A stretch of 64,000 bases of DNA from the human T2T-CHM13v2.0 reference genome, Homo sapiens. A model generated the notes under the pieces. The model worked only from the letters and a program-made list of their open reading frames with translations, had not been told where the DNA came from and did not search any database. A program made the translations under genes and the position numbers. The stretch lies in the NCBI RefSeq assembly GCF_009914755.1, contig NC_060926.1. One strand, written 5' to 3'. Every line of letters starts with the position of its first letter. The stretch's first letter is position 1. This document shows positions 1 to 13,399 of the stretch, piece by piece.

Positions 1-69
1 AAGCATTCTTTTTTATCATAAAGTAAAATATCTGTATTTTGTTTAGATGCTCCTTATCAAATTAGGGAT

Positions 70-1020
70 GAAAAGACGGGGAGAAAGTATTAGCAAACCA
101 CATATCAGACAAATAACTAGTAAAAAATCATTCAACACTCAACAATATGAAAACAATGAAATTAGAACATGAACAAAAGACAACAAGATGCATTTCATTG
201 AAGAGGATATACAGATGGAAAGTAAGCACGTGAAAAGATGTCAAACATTGGTGTCCATTAGGGAAATGCAAATTAAAATCAAAATAAGATATTACTACAG
301 AATTATCAGACAGGCTACAATAAAATCACCAAATGCTGGTAAGAATGGGGAAAAAGTACATCATTCACACATAGCTGATGGAGATATAAAATGGTATGGC
401 CATTCAGGAAAAACAGTTTGGCAGTTTTATAAGAAACTGAACATGCAGCTGTCCTATGAAATACTTGGACATTTATTCCAGAGAAATCAAAACTTAAAAT
501 GTTCACACAAAAACCTATACACAAATATTTATAGAAGCTTATTCATAATAGCCGAAAACTACAATCCATCCAGAAAATGTGTGAAGGGACATTACTTAGC
601 AATAAAAAGGCATGAACTATTAGACACACAACAATGTGGATGACTCTCCAGAGATTAAGGAATGCAAAAAGTCTATCTCAAAAGCCTGTGTACTCTATGA
701 TTCCATTTCTATAACATTCTTAAAATAGCAAAATTAAGGAAATGGAGAACAATTAGTGATTGCCAGAGGTTAAGGAGATGGTGAGGGCAGGCTAGAAGAG
801 GATGTGCTTATAAAACAGCAAGATGAAGGACTCTTGTCGTAATCAAATTATTCTGTATTCTGACTATATTATGAATATCCTGATTGCAATTGGTACTATA
901 GTTTTGCAATATATTATCATTAGAATAACCTGGACAAAGGATACACAAGATCTCTCTGTATTACTTCTCACAGCTGAGTGTAAATCTAAATTATCTGAAA
1001 ATAAAGTTTACTTTAAATAT
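70..1020 (+). mobile_element. Old L1M (MC/MD/ME-type) ORF2 end and 3'UTR remnant
   Basis: Track ORF 188..643 resembles the degenerate L1 ORF2 C-terminus (SIREMQIK, KTVWQF); L1M-like 3'UTR follows. Confidence 0.75.
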
Positions 1021-3687
1021 CTGAAAAATAAAGTATGGCCTATTTGGACCAAACCTTTTGTCTTATTTTAAGTAAATGCAGGCCAAAAAGAATTAGTTTC
1101 TTTCCTAGAGTGACAAGCTAGATAGAAACAGAATTTGAACTTAGAGGAAGGCTTACCTTAGCATACTACAAAACTAGAACAGAGAATTTATTGTGATATG
1201 GTTGATTTTTATTATAAATTAAATATAATTGCTGTCAACTGTTTAACCATTATTTTGATTTTCTTTATTTTTCACAATTTCATTTCCAAATGTTAATAAA
1301 TATACCTTATTTGCTGAATGCTGCTTTTAATATAAAGAGTAGCCCCAATAAACAAATGAAATTATCACACACACATTTTTTAATGATGTGAAAGGAACTG
1401 TAAAATAAGGCAAAGTTTAAAACTTCATTTTTACATCTTAATTAATTCTCCGTAAAAAGGGTTCATTGTCAAAAGAATCATACATTATTAGTACTAGAAG
1501 GAATCACTGCATCCAGTCGTTTTACAAGGTCTGTCTGTGAGAAGGTGTTTACTGCATATTCTTATTATAGCCATATTTCACGTTTGCTTTGTGTTAATAA
1601 TTTTTGAATCACATTTATCAAAATAAAAAATTAATGTTTTTTTTATTTCATTACATGATTGAGGGAGAGCTAATTTCTTAGATTAGCCATCCAACTTAAT
1701 GTAATTAGTTTAAAATTAGAATCTGGAAGCTTATTGTTGCTGAGTATTTCCTGCCAATACCAATTTTCATGTCTCCATTTCATGAAATACTATAATTTAC
1801 ATATCAAGTCCCTGAGTTTAAAAACTCTGAAGAATTGGCTTATTATGACAACAAGCAGGAGTGACCAGCTGTAAACTAGAAAACTAATTTTTTAGTTAAT
1901 TTGTCTGAGGTTCTTTTGTATGTGATTTTTTAAGACAAACTTTCTTTTATTTGAACAAATTTATGGAGTAGATGTGAAACATTGTTACATGGATATAATA
2001 TGTAGTGATCAAGTCAAGGCATTTAGGGAGGGCATCACCTGAGTACAATACATTTATATTAACTATAGTCACCTTACTCTACTATCAAACATTGAATTTA
2101 TTCCTTCTCTCTAACTGTATGTTTGTACCCATTAACCCACTTCTCTTCATCCTCCTTTCCCCATTTATTCTTCTCAGGCTCTGTTATCCATCTTTCTACT
2201 CTCTACCTCCATGTGATGAAATACTTTGCTTTCACATGTAAATAAGAGCATGCAATATTTGTCTTTTTGTGCCTTATTTATTTCACTTAAGATAATGACC
2301 TCCAGTTCCATCCATGTTGCTGCAAATGATATGATATCATTACTTTTATGGCCAAATAATATTTCATTATGCATATATACACCACATTTTCTTCATCCAT
2401 TTATCCATTGGCGGACATTTAGGTTGATTCCATATGTTTGCTATTGTGAATAGTGCTGAAATAAACATCTCAGTGCAGGAATCCCTTTGATATATTGATT
2501 TCTTTTCATTTGGATGGATACCCAGTAGTGGAGCTGCTAGATCAAATGATAAGTATATTTGCAGGTTTTTTTTTGAAATCTTCATACTGTTTTCCGTAGT
2601 AGCTTTAGTAGTTTACATTTCCACCAATAGTGCATAAAAGTTCCTTTTTCTCCACATCCTCGCCAACCTCTGTTATCTTTTGTCTTTTTGACAATAGCCA
2701 TTCTGACTGGGTTAAGATGATAACATTGTGGTTTTGGTTTGCATTCTGTGATGATTATAATATTGAGCATGTTTTAATATACTTGCTGGCTGAATGTGTG
2801 TCTTCCTCCGGGAAATGTCTATTCATGTTCTTTCCCATTTTTTTTTAAATGGGAACATTTTTTTTTTCTAAGTTGTTTGAGTTCCTTGTATATTCTGGAA
2901 GTTAGTCCTCTGTCAGATGAATAATCCGAAAATATTTTCTCCAATTCAAAAGTTGTTTCTTCATTCTGTTGATTATTTATTTTTCTGTGTAGATGCTTTT
3001 TAGTGTAATTAAGTACCATTTGTCCATTTTTGTTTGTGTTGCCAGTACTTTTGAGATCTTAGTCATAAATTCTCTGCCTAGCCCAATGTTCAGTAGTTTT
3101 CCTTAGATTTTCTTTTAATATTTTTACAGTTCCAGATATTACATTTAAGTTTTTAGGCCACTTTGAGTTGATTTTTATATATGGTGATAGGGGTCCAGTT
3201 TCATTCTATTCAATTCAATTTTCCCAGCACCATTAATTGAAGAGGATGTTCTTTCTCCAGTGTAACTTCTTTTTGGCTTTGTCAAACCTCAGTTGACTGT
3301 AAATAAGTGGTTTTATTTCTGAGTTCTTTATTCTATTCCATTATTCTGTGTGTCTGTTTTTATACCAATACCATACTGCTTTGGTTACTGTTACCTTGTA
3401 TATTTTGAAGTCGGGTAATGTGATGCCTCCAGCTTGGCTCTTTTTGCTCAGAATTGCTTTAAGTTTGCCGTTTCTTATTCTGTGATGAATGATGTCAGTA
3501 TTTTGATAGGCATTGCATTGAATCTACAGGTTGCTTTGGATGGTAGTCATTTAAATGATATTATTTCTTATGATCCATGAATATAGGATATTTTTCTATT
3601 TGTTTGTGTCATTGACTATTTCTTTTATCAGTCAATAAATAGTTCTCTCCTTATAGAGAACTTTTACCTCCTTGGTTAAATTTATTC

Positions 3688-3775
3688 ATATATATATATA
3701 TTTATTCCTATATATGTATATACATATATGTGTTTATCTCTCTCTATATATATATGTATATATATGCATGTGTAT
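3688..3775. repeat. Imperfect (TA)n/(TATG)n microsatellite inside L1
   Basis: atatatatatata...tatatgtatatacatatatg...ctctctctatatatatatgtatatatatg. Confidence 0.85.
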
Positions 3776-6613
3776 ACTTATTGCGCTATTGTAAATGAGA
3801 TTGCCTTCTTGCTTTCCTTCTCAGCTACATCATTGGTATACAGAAATGCTCCTGATTTTTGTACATTAATTTTGAATCCTCCATCTTACTAAATTCATTT
3901 ATCAAATCTAAGAGTTTTTTTATGGAGCAATTAGGTTTTTCTAGATATAAGATCATATCAGCAAAGAGGGATAATTTGACTTCCTGTTTTCCAATTTGGA
4001 TGCTTTTATTTCTTTCTTGTTTGATTGCCCTGGGTGGACTTCCAGTACCGTGTTGAATAGGAGTGATGAAGGTGGGCATTCTTGTCTTGTTCCAGTTCGT
4101 AGAGGAAAGGCTTTCAACATTTCTTCCTTCAGTGTGACATTAAGTGTGGATTTGTTATTTTATGGTATGTTTCTTCTGTGCCTGGTTTGTTGAGAGATTG
4201 TTATCATGAAGGAATGTTGAACTTTATCAAATTCTTTTTCTGTGTCTATTGAGATGATTATTTTTTGTCCTTCATTCCATTAATTTGAGTTACCACCTTT
4301 ACTGATTTGTATATGTTGAACTGTCCACGCATCTCTGGTATAAATCCCACTCAATCATGGTGTATTATATTTTTGTGTGCTGTTGAGTTAACTAGCATTT
4401 TGTGGAGCATTTTGTGTCTATGTTCATCAGGAATATTGACCAGTAGTTTTGTTTTTGTTGTTGTTGTATCCTTATCTGGTTTTGTTATCAAGGTGATCTT
4501 GGCCTTATAGAATGAGTTAAGAAGAACCCTGTTCTTCAATGTTTTGGAATAGTTTCAGGATTGGTATTAGTTATTTGCATATTTGGTAGAATTTTATTGT
4601 GAATCCATCTAGTCCCGAGCTTTTCTTTGTTGAGACAGTTTTTATTACTGATTCAATATTGCTACTCATATTGGCCTGCCAGGTTTTCTATTTCTTCCTG
4701 ATTCACTTTTGTTAGGTTGCATGTTTCCAGAAACTTACCCATTTACTCTAGATTGTTCAGATTGTTCAGTTTGTCAGCATATAGTTTTTATAATAGTCTT
4801 TGGGGATCTTTGTATTTCTGTGATCAGTTGTTACATTTCCTTTTTCATTCTGATTTAGTTTATTTAGATATTCTCTCTTCTTGGTTAGTCTACTTAATGA
4901 TTTCTCAATTTTACTTATTTCAAAGAACCAATTTTTTGTTTGTTTGATCTTGTGTATTTTTTTAGTCTCTATTTCATTTAGTTCTGCTCTGATCTTTTTT
5001 ATTTATTTTATAATGTTAATTTTGGGTTGGTTTGTTCTTACTTTCCTAGTTCCTTAAGGTATATTGTTAAGTTGTTAACATGTTATCTTTCTACAGGAAT
5101 TTTTTGATACAGGAATTTATTGCTATAAACGTTCCTCTTAGCACTGCTTTTACTGTGTCTCACAGGTTTTAGTTTATGTTTCCATTTGTTTCAAGAATTT
5201 TTTTTTATTTCCATCTTAATTTCTTTGTCAACCCAAAGGTCATTCAGGAGCATGTTGTTTAATTTTCATGTATTTGTATATTTTCCAAAGTTCTTATTAG
5301 TATTGATTTATTTTTATTCCATTGTGGTCTGAGGGGATAGTAGAAATTATTATCTTTTTTTTTTTTCTAATTTGTTGAGACTTGTTTTGTGGCCTAATAT
5401 ATGGGCTATACTGGGGAATGTTCTATGTGCTAATGAAAAGAATGTATCTTCTGCAGTTTTTGGATAGAATATTCTATAAATGTGTATTAGGTCAATTTGG
5501 TCTGTAGTACAGTTTAAATTTGGAGGTTTTTGTTATCTGTCTAGATGATCTATCTAGTACTGACAATGGGGTTTTGGGCTCCCCCACTATTATTGTATTG
5601 CAGTCTATCTCTTTAGATCTAGAAATATTTACTTTATGGATCTTTGTGCTCCAATATTGGGTGCATATATACTTAGATTTTTTAAAATTGTTATATCGTC
5701 TCACTGGATATATTCCTTTATCATTATATAATGACCTTTTCCATCTTTTTAGAACTGTTTTTGGCTTAAAGCCTATTTTATCTAAGTACAGCTATTTCTG
5801 CTTGCTTTTGGTTTTCATCTGTGTAGAATATCTTTTTCTGTCTCTTTACTTTTAGTCTATATGTGCCTATACTGGTAAGGTGAGTTTCTAGAAGGGAGCA
5901 TATATTTGGATCATTTAAAAAATCAATTCATTCATACTATATATTTATGTAGAAAACTTAATCCATTTACAGTCAGTGTTATTATTGCTAGGTAAGGCTT
6001 TGTTCCTGTCATATTGTTAATTGTTTTCTGGTTGTTTTATATATGACTTTCTTCTGTTATTGTTCATCTTTGTTGTTTTGGTAGATGTCTGTAGTGGTAC
6101 ACTTTGAGTCTTTTATCTTTTTCCCTTGTGTTATTTCTTTACCAATGAGTTTTATACTTTCTTGTGTTTTCCTGATAGTAAATCTTGTCCATTTGTTTCC
6201 AGGTTTAAGACTTCCTTGAACAATTCATATAAGACCAGTCTAGTGGTAACAAATTCCCTCAGTATTTACTTGTCTGAGAAAGACTTTATTTCTTCTTCAT
6301 TTAGAAAGGAGAATATTACTGGATATCATGTTCTTCTTTTTTTCTTTTAGCACTTTGAATATTTTAGCCCATTCTCTTCTAGTCTGTAAATGCTTTTGCT
6401 GAGAAATTCATTGTTAGGCTGATACAATTTCCTTTACAGGTGACTAGACGCTTTCCTCTTGCTGTTTTTATAATTCTTTATCTTTGACTTTAGATAGTCT
6501 GAGTATAATGTGCGATGGTGACTGCCTTTTCGTTTTGTATCTGCTTAGGGATCATTGATCTTTCAGTAAGTGGATATTTATATCTCCTGCTAGACTTAGA
6601 GAGTTTTCATCTA

Positions 6614-7099
<486 letters not shown>

Positions 7100-7590
7100 T
7101 TATTTCAAAAGATCTGTCTTTAAAGATTTGAGATATTTTTTTCTTCCACTTGATCTAGTCTATTATCGAAGATATCATTATGTTACTCCTCAATGAGTCC
7201 TTAAGTTCTAGAATTTCTCTTTCGTTCTTCTAAAACATATCTATCTCTTCAGTATTTTTCTCATTCATATACTGATTTGTTTTTCTGATTTCTTTTTATT
7301 GTTTTTCAGATTTCTTTTGTATTTCACTGAGCTTCTTTCAAATCAGTATCTTCAATTCTTTATCTGGGATTTTGGGAATTTCTTTTTTATTAAGATCTAC
7401 TGGAGATCTTAATTTACTGGAGAATTATTATGTTTCTTTCAAGGTGTCATATTTGTTTGATTTTTTTGTTTCCTGTGTCCTTATGTTGATATCTGCACAT
7501 TTGTATAAAAGTCACTTCTTCCTGTTTTTGAATTTACTTTTTGTGGGGAGGATGTTGCTAAACCACTCATTAGAAATCTACTACCACGTT

Positions 7591-8018
<428 letters not shown>

Positions 8019-8996
8019 TCACATTGCAAAATACAATCATACCTTTCCAGCAGTCCCCAAAGTCTTAACTTGTTTTGGCATTAACCCCAAAGTCCAAAGT
8101 CCAAAATCTCATCTGAGACAAGGGAAGTCCCTTTCACTTATGAGACTGCAAAATCCAAAGCAAGTTAATTAATTCCAACATACAATGGGAGTACAAGTAC
8201 TGGGTAAACATTCCCATTCCAAAAGGGAGAAATTGGCCAAAAGAAAGGAGATACAGGCCTCACACAATCCCAAAATCCAGCAGGGCAGTCATTACATTTT
8301 AAAGCTCCAAAAGAATCTTCTTTGACTCCATGTCCCATATCCAGGGCACACTGGTTTGAGAGGTGGGCTCCCAAGGTCTTGGGCAACTCTGCCCCTGTGG
8401 CTTTGCCATTAAGGTTCAGCCCTAATGGCTACTCTCACGTGCTGGCGTTAAGTGCTTGTGGCTTTTCAGGCACAGGGTGCAAACTCTCAGTGGATCCACC
8501 ATTCTGGGGTCTGGAAAATGGTGGCCCTTTTCTCACAGCTTCACTAGGCAGTCCCCCAATGGGGAGTCTGTGTGGGGTGTCTAATGAGGGCTCCAATCTT
8601 GCAGCAAGGCTCGCTTCTTACATTCTGTGTATCTGCAGGCTTAACACCATGTGGAAACTGCCAAAGCTTATGACTTGCACCCTCTGAAGCAGTGACCTGT
8701 GCTGTACCTGGGCCTCTTTGAGCCATAGTTGGAAATGGTGTGGCTGGGAAGCAGGGAGTAGTGTTGTGAAGCTGTTCAGGGCAGTGGGGCCATGGGCCTG
8801 GCCCATGAAACCATTCTTCCCTCCTAGGAAGCCTGCAATGGGAGGGTATGCTGCAAAGGTCTCTGAAATTACTTCAGGGCCTTTCCCCCATTGTCTTGGC
8901 TGTTAGTGCTTGGCTCCTTTTCACTTGTGAAAATTTCTGCAGCCTGCTTGAATTCCTCCCCTGAAAATGGGCTCCTCTTTTCTACCACATGGCCAG

Positions 8997-10923
8997 TGAT
9001 ACGGTTTGGCTCTGTGTCCCCACCTAAATCTCATCTTGAATTGTACTCCCATAATACCCATATGTTGTGGACGGAACCCAGTGGGAGATCATTTGAATCA
9101 TGGGGGCAGTTTCCCCCATACTATTCTCATGGTAGTGAATAAGTCTCATGAGATCTGATGGTTTTATCAGGGGTTTCCGCTTTTGCATCTTTCTCATTTT
9201 CTCTTGCCACTGCCACGTAAGAAGTGCTTTTCGCCTCCTGCCATGATTCTGAGGCCTCCACAGCCATGGGGAACTGTAAGTCCAATTAAACCTCTTTTTC
9301 TTCCCAGTCTCAGGTATGTCTTTATCAGCAGCATGAAAACAGACTAATAGTGTAAATTGGTACCAGTAGAGTGCGGTGTTGCTGAAAACATACCCAAAAA
9401 TGTGGAAGTGGCTTTGGAACTGGGTAACAGGCAGAGGGTGGAACAGTTTGGAGGGCTCAGAAGAAGACAGGGAAATGTGGGAAAGTTTAGGACTTCCTGG
9501 AGACTTGTTGAATGGCTTTGACCAAAAGCCTGAATGTGATATGGACAATAAGGTCCAGGTTGAGGTGGTCTCAGATGGAGATGAGGAACTTATTGGGAAC
9601 TGAAGCAGAGGTAACTCTTGTTATGTTTTAACAAAGAGACTGGCAGCATTTTGCTCCTGCACTAGAGATTTGTGGAAGTTTGAACTTGAGAGAGATAATT
9701 TAGGGTATCTGGCAGAAGAAATTTCTAAGCACCAAAGCATTCAAGAAGTGACTTGGGTGCTGTTAAAGGCATTCAGTTTTATAAGGGAAGCAGAGCATAA
9801 AAGTTCAGAAAATGTGCAGCCTGACAATGTGATAGAAAAGAAAAACCCATTTTTTGAGGAGAAATTCAAGAGCAGCTACAGAAATTTGCATAGGTAATGA
9901 GGAGCCGAATGTTAATCCCCAAGACAATGGGGAAAATGTCTCCAGGGCATGTCAGAGGTCTTCACAGCAGTCCCTCCCATCACAGGCCCCGAGGCCTAGG
10001 AGAAAATGGTTTTCTGGGCCTGGCCCAGGGTCCCTGTGCTGTGTGTACCCTAGGGAGTTGGTGCCCTGCATCCCAGTTACTCCAGCCATGGCTAAAATGG
10101 GCCAGGGTAGAGCTCAGGCTATGGTTTCAGAGAGTGCAAGCCCCAAGCCTTGGCAGCATCCACGTCGTTTTGGACCTCCACAGAAGTCAATAATTGGGGT
10201 TTGAGAACCTCTACCTAGATTTCAGAAGATGTATGGAAACTCCTGGATGCCCAGGCAGAACTATGCCGCAGGGGTGGGGCACTCATGGAGAACCTCTGCT
10301 AGGGCAGTGCGGAAGGGAAATGTGGGGTCAGAGCCCCCATACAGAGTCCCCACTGGGGCACTGCCTAGGGGAGCTGTGAGAAGAGGCCCACTTGCTTTTG
10401 ATTTTACAGGCTCATAGGCAGAAGAGACTAGCCTTGTCTCAGATGAGACTTTGAACTGTGGACTTTTGGGTTAATGCTTAACTGAGTTAAGGCTTTGGGG
10501 GACTGTTGGAAAGGCATGATTGGCTTTGAAATGTGAGGACATGAGATTTGGAGAGGCCAGGGGTGGAATGATATGGTTTGGCTCTGTGTCCCCACCCAAA
10601 TCTCATCTTGAATTGCAGCTCCCATAATTGCCACATTTTGTGGAAGGGACCTGGTGGAGATAATTTAAATCATCAGGGCGGTTTCCCACATGCTGTTCTC
10701 ATGGTAGTGAATAAGTCTCATGAGATCTGATAGTTTTATCAGGGGTTTTCACTTTTGCATCTTCCTCATTTTGTCTGGTCACTGCCACGTAAGAAGTGCC
10801 TTTTGCTTCCTGCCGTGATTCTGAGGCCTCCCCAGCCATGTTGAACTGTAAGTCGTATTAAACCTCTTTTTCTTCCCAGTCTTGGGTATGTCTTTATCAG
10901 CAGCGTGAAAGTGGACTAATACA
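8997..10923 (+). mobile_element. THE1A-like MaLR, two LTRs (8997-9351, 10569-10923) plus internally deleted int
   Basis: Both ~355-bp LTRs start tgataYggtttggctctgtgtcccc and end gactaata(ca); internal region of 1217 bp with an apparent deletion near 10390. Confidence 0.92.
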
Positions 10924-11869
10924 GTGAGGCTGCAAATTTTCTAAACTTTTATGCTGTACTTTCCCTTTAAATGTAAGTTCCAACCTTAGGTAATTTCTTT
11001 GCTTATGCATATGAGTATAGCTTGTTAGAAGCAGCCAGATGAAACCTTGAATGCTTTGTTGCTTAGAAATTTCTTCCTCCAGATACCCTAAATCATCATT
11101 CTCAAGTTCAAAGTTCCACCTAGGGCAGGGGCACAATGCAGCTAAGTTATTTGCTAAGGCATAATAAAAGTGACCTTCCTCCAGTTCCCAATAAGTTCAT
11201 CATTTATATCTCAGACCTCCTCACATTGGACTTCACTGTCTACATCACTATTGGCATTTTGGTCATAACCATTTAACCAGTCTCTAGCAAATTCCAAACT
11301 TTCCCTCATTTTCCCATCTTCTGAGCCCTTTAAAGTCTTCCAACCTCTGCCTGTTACCCAGTTCCAAAGTCACTTCCACATTTTCAGGTAGTTTTATAGC
11401 AATGCCCCAGTCCTCAGTACCAGTTTTCTGTATTAGTATGTTCTCACATTGCTATAAAGATATACCTAAGACTGGGTAATTTATAAAGAGAGAAGTTTAA
11501 TTGGTTCACAATTCTACAGGCTGTACAGGAAGCATGATGCTGGCCTCTACACTGCTTCTGCTGATACCTCAAGAAACACAATCATGACAGAAGGCAAAGC
11601 AGGTGCAGCCATGGCTTACATGGCAGGAGCAGGATGGAGGGTAATGAGGAGGTGCTCCATACTTTTAAGTGACCAGATCTCATGAGAACCTACTCACTAA
11701 TTTGAGAACCTACTCACTATTATGAGAACAGCACCAAACAGATGGTGCTAAACCATTTATGAGAAATTCACCTCCATGATCCAATCACCTCCCACCAGGT
11801 CCCACCTCTAATACTGGAGATTACAATTTAATATGAGATTTTATGGGGACACAGGTCCAAACCATATCA

Positions 11870-13325
11870 GCTATAAACAGCATTAGTGAGATCTGCCATT
11901 TCCTTGGAGGGTTAGTTTGCAGATATTAGGGGAGGTTGTGGTGGATTTGTGCTGGGGACTGGGACGTTAAGCATGTCACTGTTTAAGCCCCAGTCGTGGC
12001 AACAGTGGGCTGATCATGCCTATCTTTATTCCCTAGGCTGATATATGCTGGCAGTGGTATTGGTGGTTACCAGTGGACCAATTCTTGGGCTTCTAGTTGG
12101 CTTGCTTGGATGCCAGTCATGGGCACAGTGGACTGAGCAGGTGGACAAGTTCTTGGTCCCCTAAGCAGGCACTGTGGTATGGGTTATGGTAGTATCAGTG
12201 ACAGGAAAATTATCTGCATCCCAGGTACTGTATGTTGATGTGGGCAGTGGCTATGATGGGCTGGGTGAGCCAGTCTTCAGGCCCTCAGGTGCCAGTTAAG
12301 GTAATAGCAGCCAGGAGTTTAGAGTTTAGGGCCAACCTCATGCCTCTGGGAGGTGCACTCAAGTGCCCAATGTGGTGGATTGGGTTGGGTAATCCACATG
12401 ATCCTGGGCTAAGTCCTGGGGTCTGTGCTGGGCAGGCTTGTGCTCAGATCTCCCAGTGGTGACAGTAGTCACTAGCTGTAGTGGGCAGGGGCAGGGCAAT
12501 TCTCAGGTCCCTGGCAGAATGCATGAGTGAGGGGCAGTAGTAGCCACGCTGAGGCCCCAGCATTGCAGAGGTTGGCGTTGGCCTTGGTAGCCACATCTTG
12601 GGCTGGGGAGTGGGGAATGCACATCATTCTCATGGCCCAGTCCTGTTGCACTTGCCTTCAGCCCTGGCAGTGGTAGTCCTTGCCTAGGTTGTACCTCAGC
12701 CCCCGCTACAGGAGCCCCTACTCAGCTTGTGACTAAGTTTCAGTGGCAACTTGCACCCAGTCACATCCCATTCTCAGTCTCAGTGGCACTTGTATTCTAC
12801 CCGGCAGCTACAGCCAATGCCTTGCTTGTTTCTCAGCCCCACCCGTGGGAGCTTATTCCCAGGTCATGTCCTAGTCCCAGCAGCAACAGCCCAAGTTTCC
12901 CTAATGCCTCAGCCTCAGCACTTCTGGGCCCCAGGACAGTGTGCAATCTGCTCAAGGCTAGGATTCAAACTGGCATCTTGCTGTAGCTGCTTGGGTCTCA
13001 GAAATGATGTGGGACCTAGTGCAAGCTCCCTCCTGGGAGCAGTTCTATCACATGGTCTACGAACAGCTCCATATTTTAGTTTCAGGAGTTGGGAGCATTG
13101 AGGGGCTGTCCCTTGACCAGGGTTGCATGATTCCATGATGCAGATGAGGGCTGCTGGAAGTCTCTCACTCACCCTTTTCCCATGTATGGAAAGTCACTCC
13201 TGGCTCCCAGCTGATCTCAACCAAACAGGCTGCCTGTCTTCTTCCTTCCTTGCTTTTGGTGTTTCCTGTCACTTTTCTGTTGAATTCTGGTCTTTGCTCT
13301 TGGATTATATATTCAAAATGTGATT
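11870..13325 (-). mobile_element. Probable 5' region (GC-richer 5'UTR) of the same L1MA element, beyond the MST insertion
   Basis: GC-richer sequence resembling an old L1 5'UTR begins directly after the MST LTR end; the assignment to the same element is by position. Confidence 0.55.
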
Positions 13326-13399
13326 AAAGTGCCAAGATGTATTTATGAAATGACATTAATTTATTAAAAAATGAAACAAAATCTAACAGTTTTATTTGG

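Noticed and set aside
188-5855. ORFs with reverse-transcriptase/endonuclease-like fragments
   Set aside because: Fragmented L1 ORF2 remnants with many stops and frameshifts; not a functional retroelement or a novel RT system.
11682-11730. 20-bp tandem repeat tgagaacctactcacta
   Set aside because: Simple slippage duplication inside an MST LTR; no further significance.
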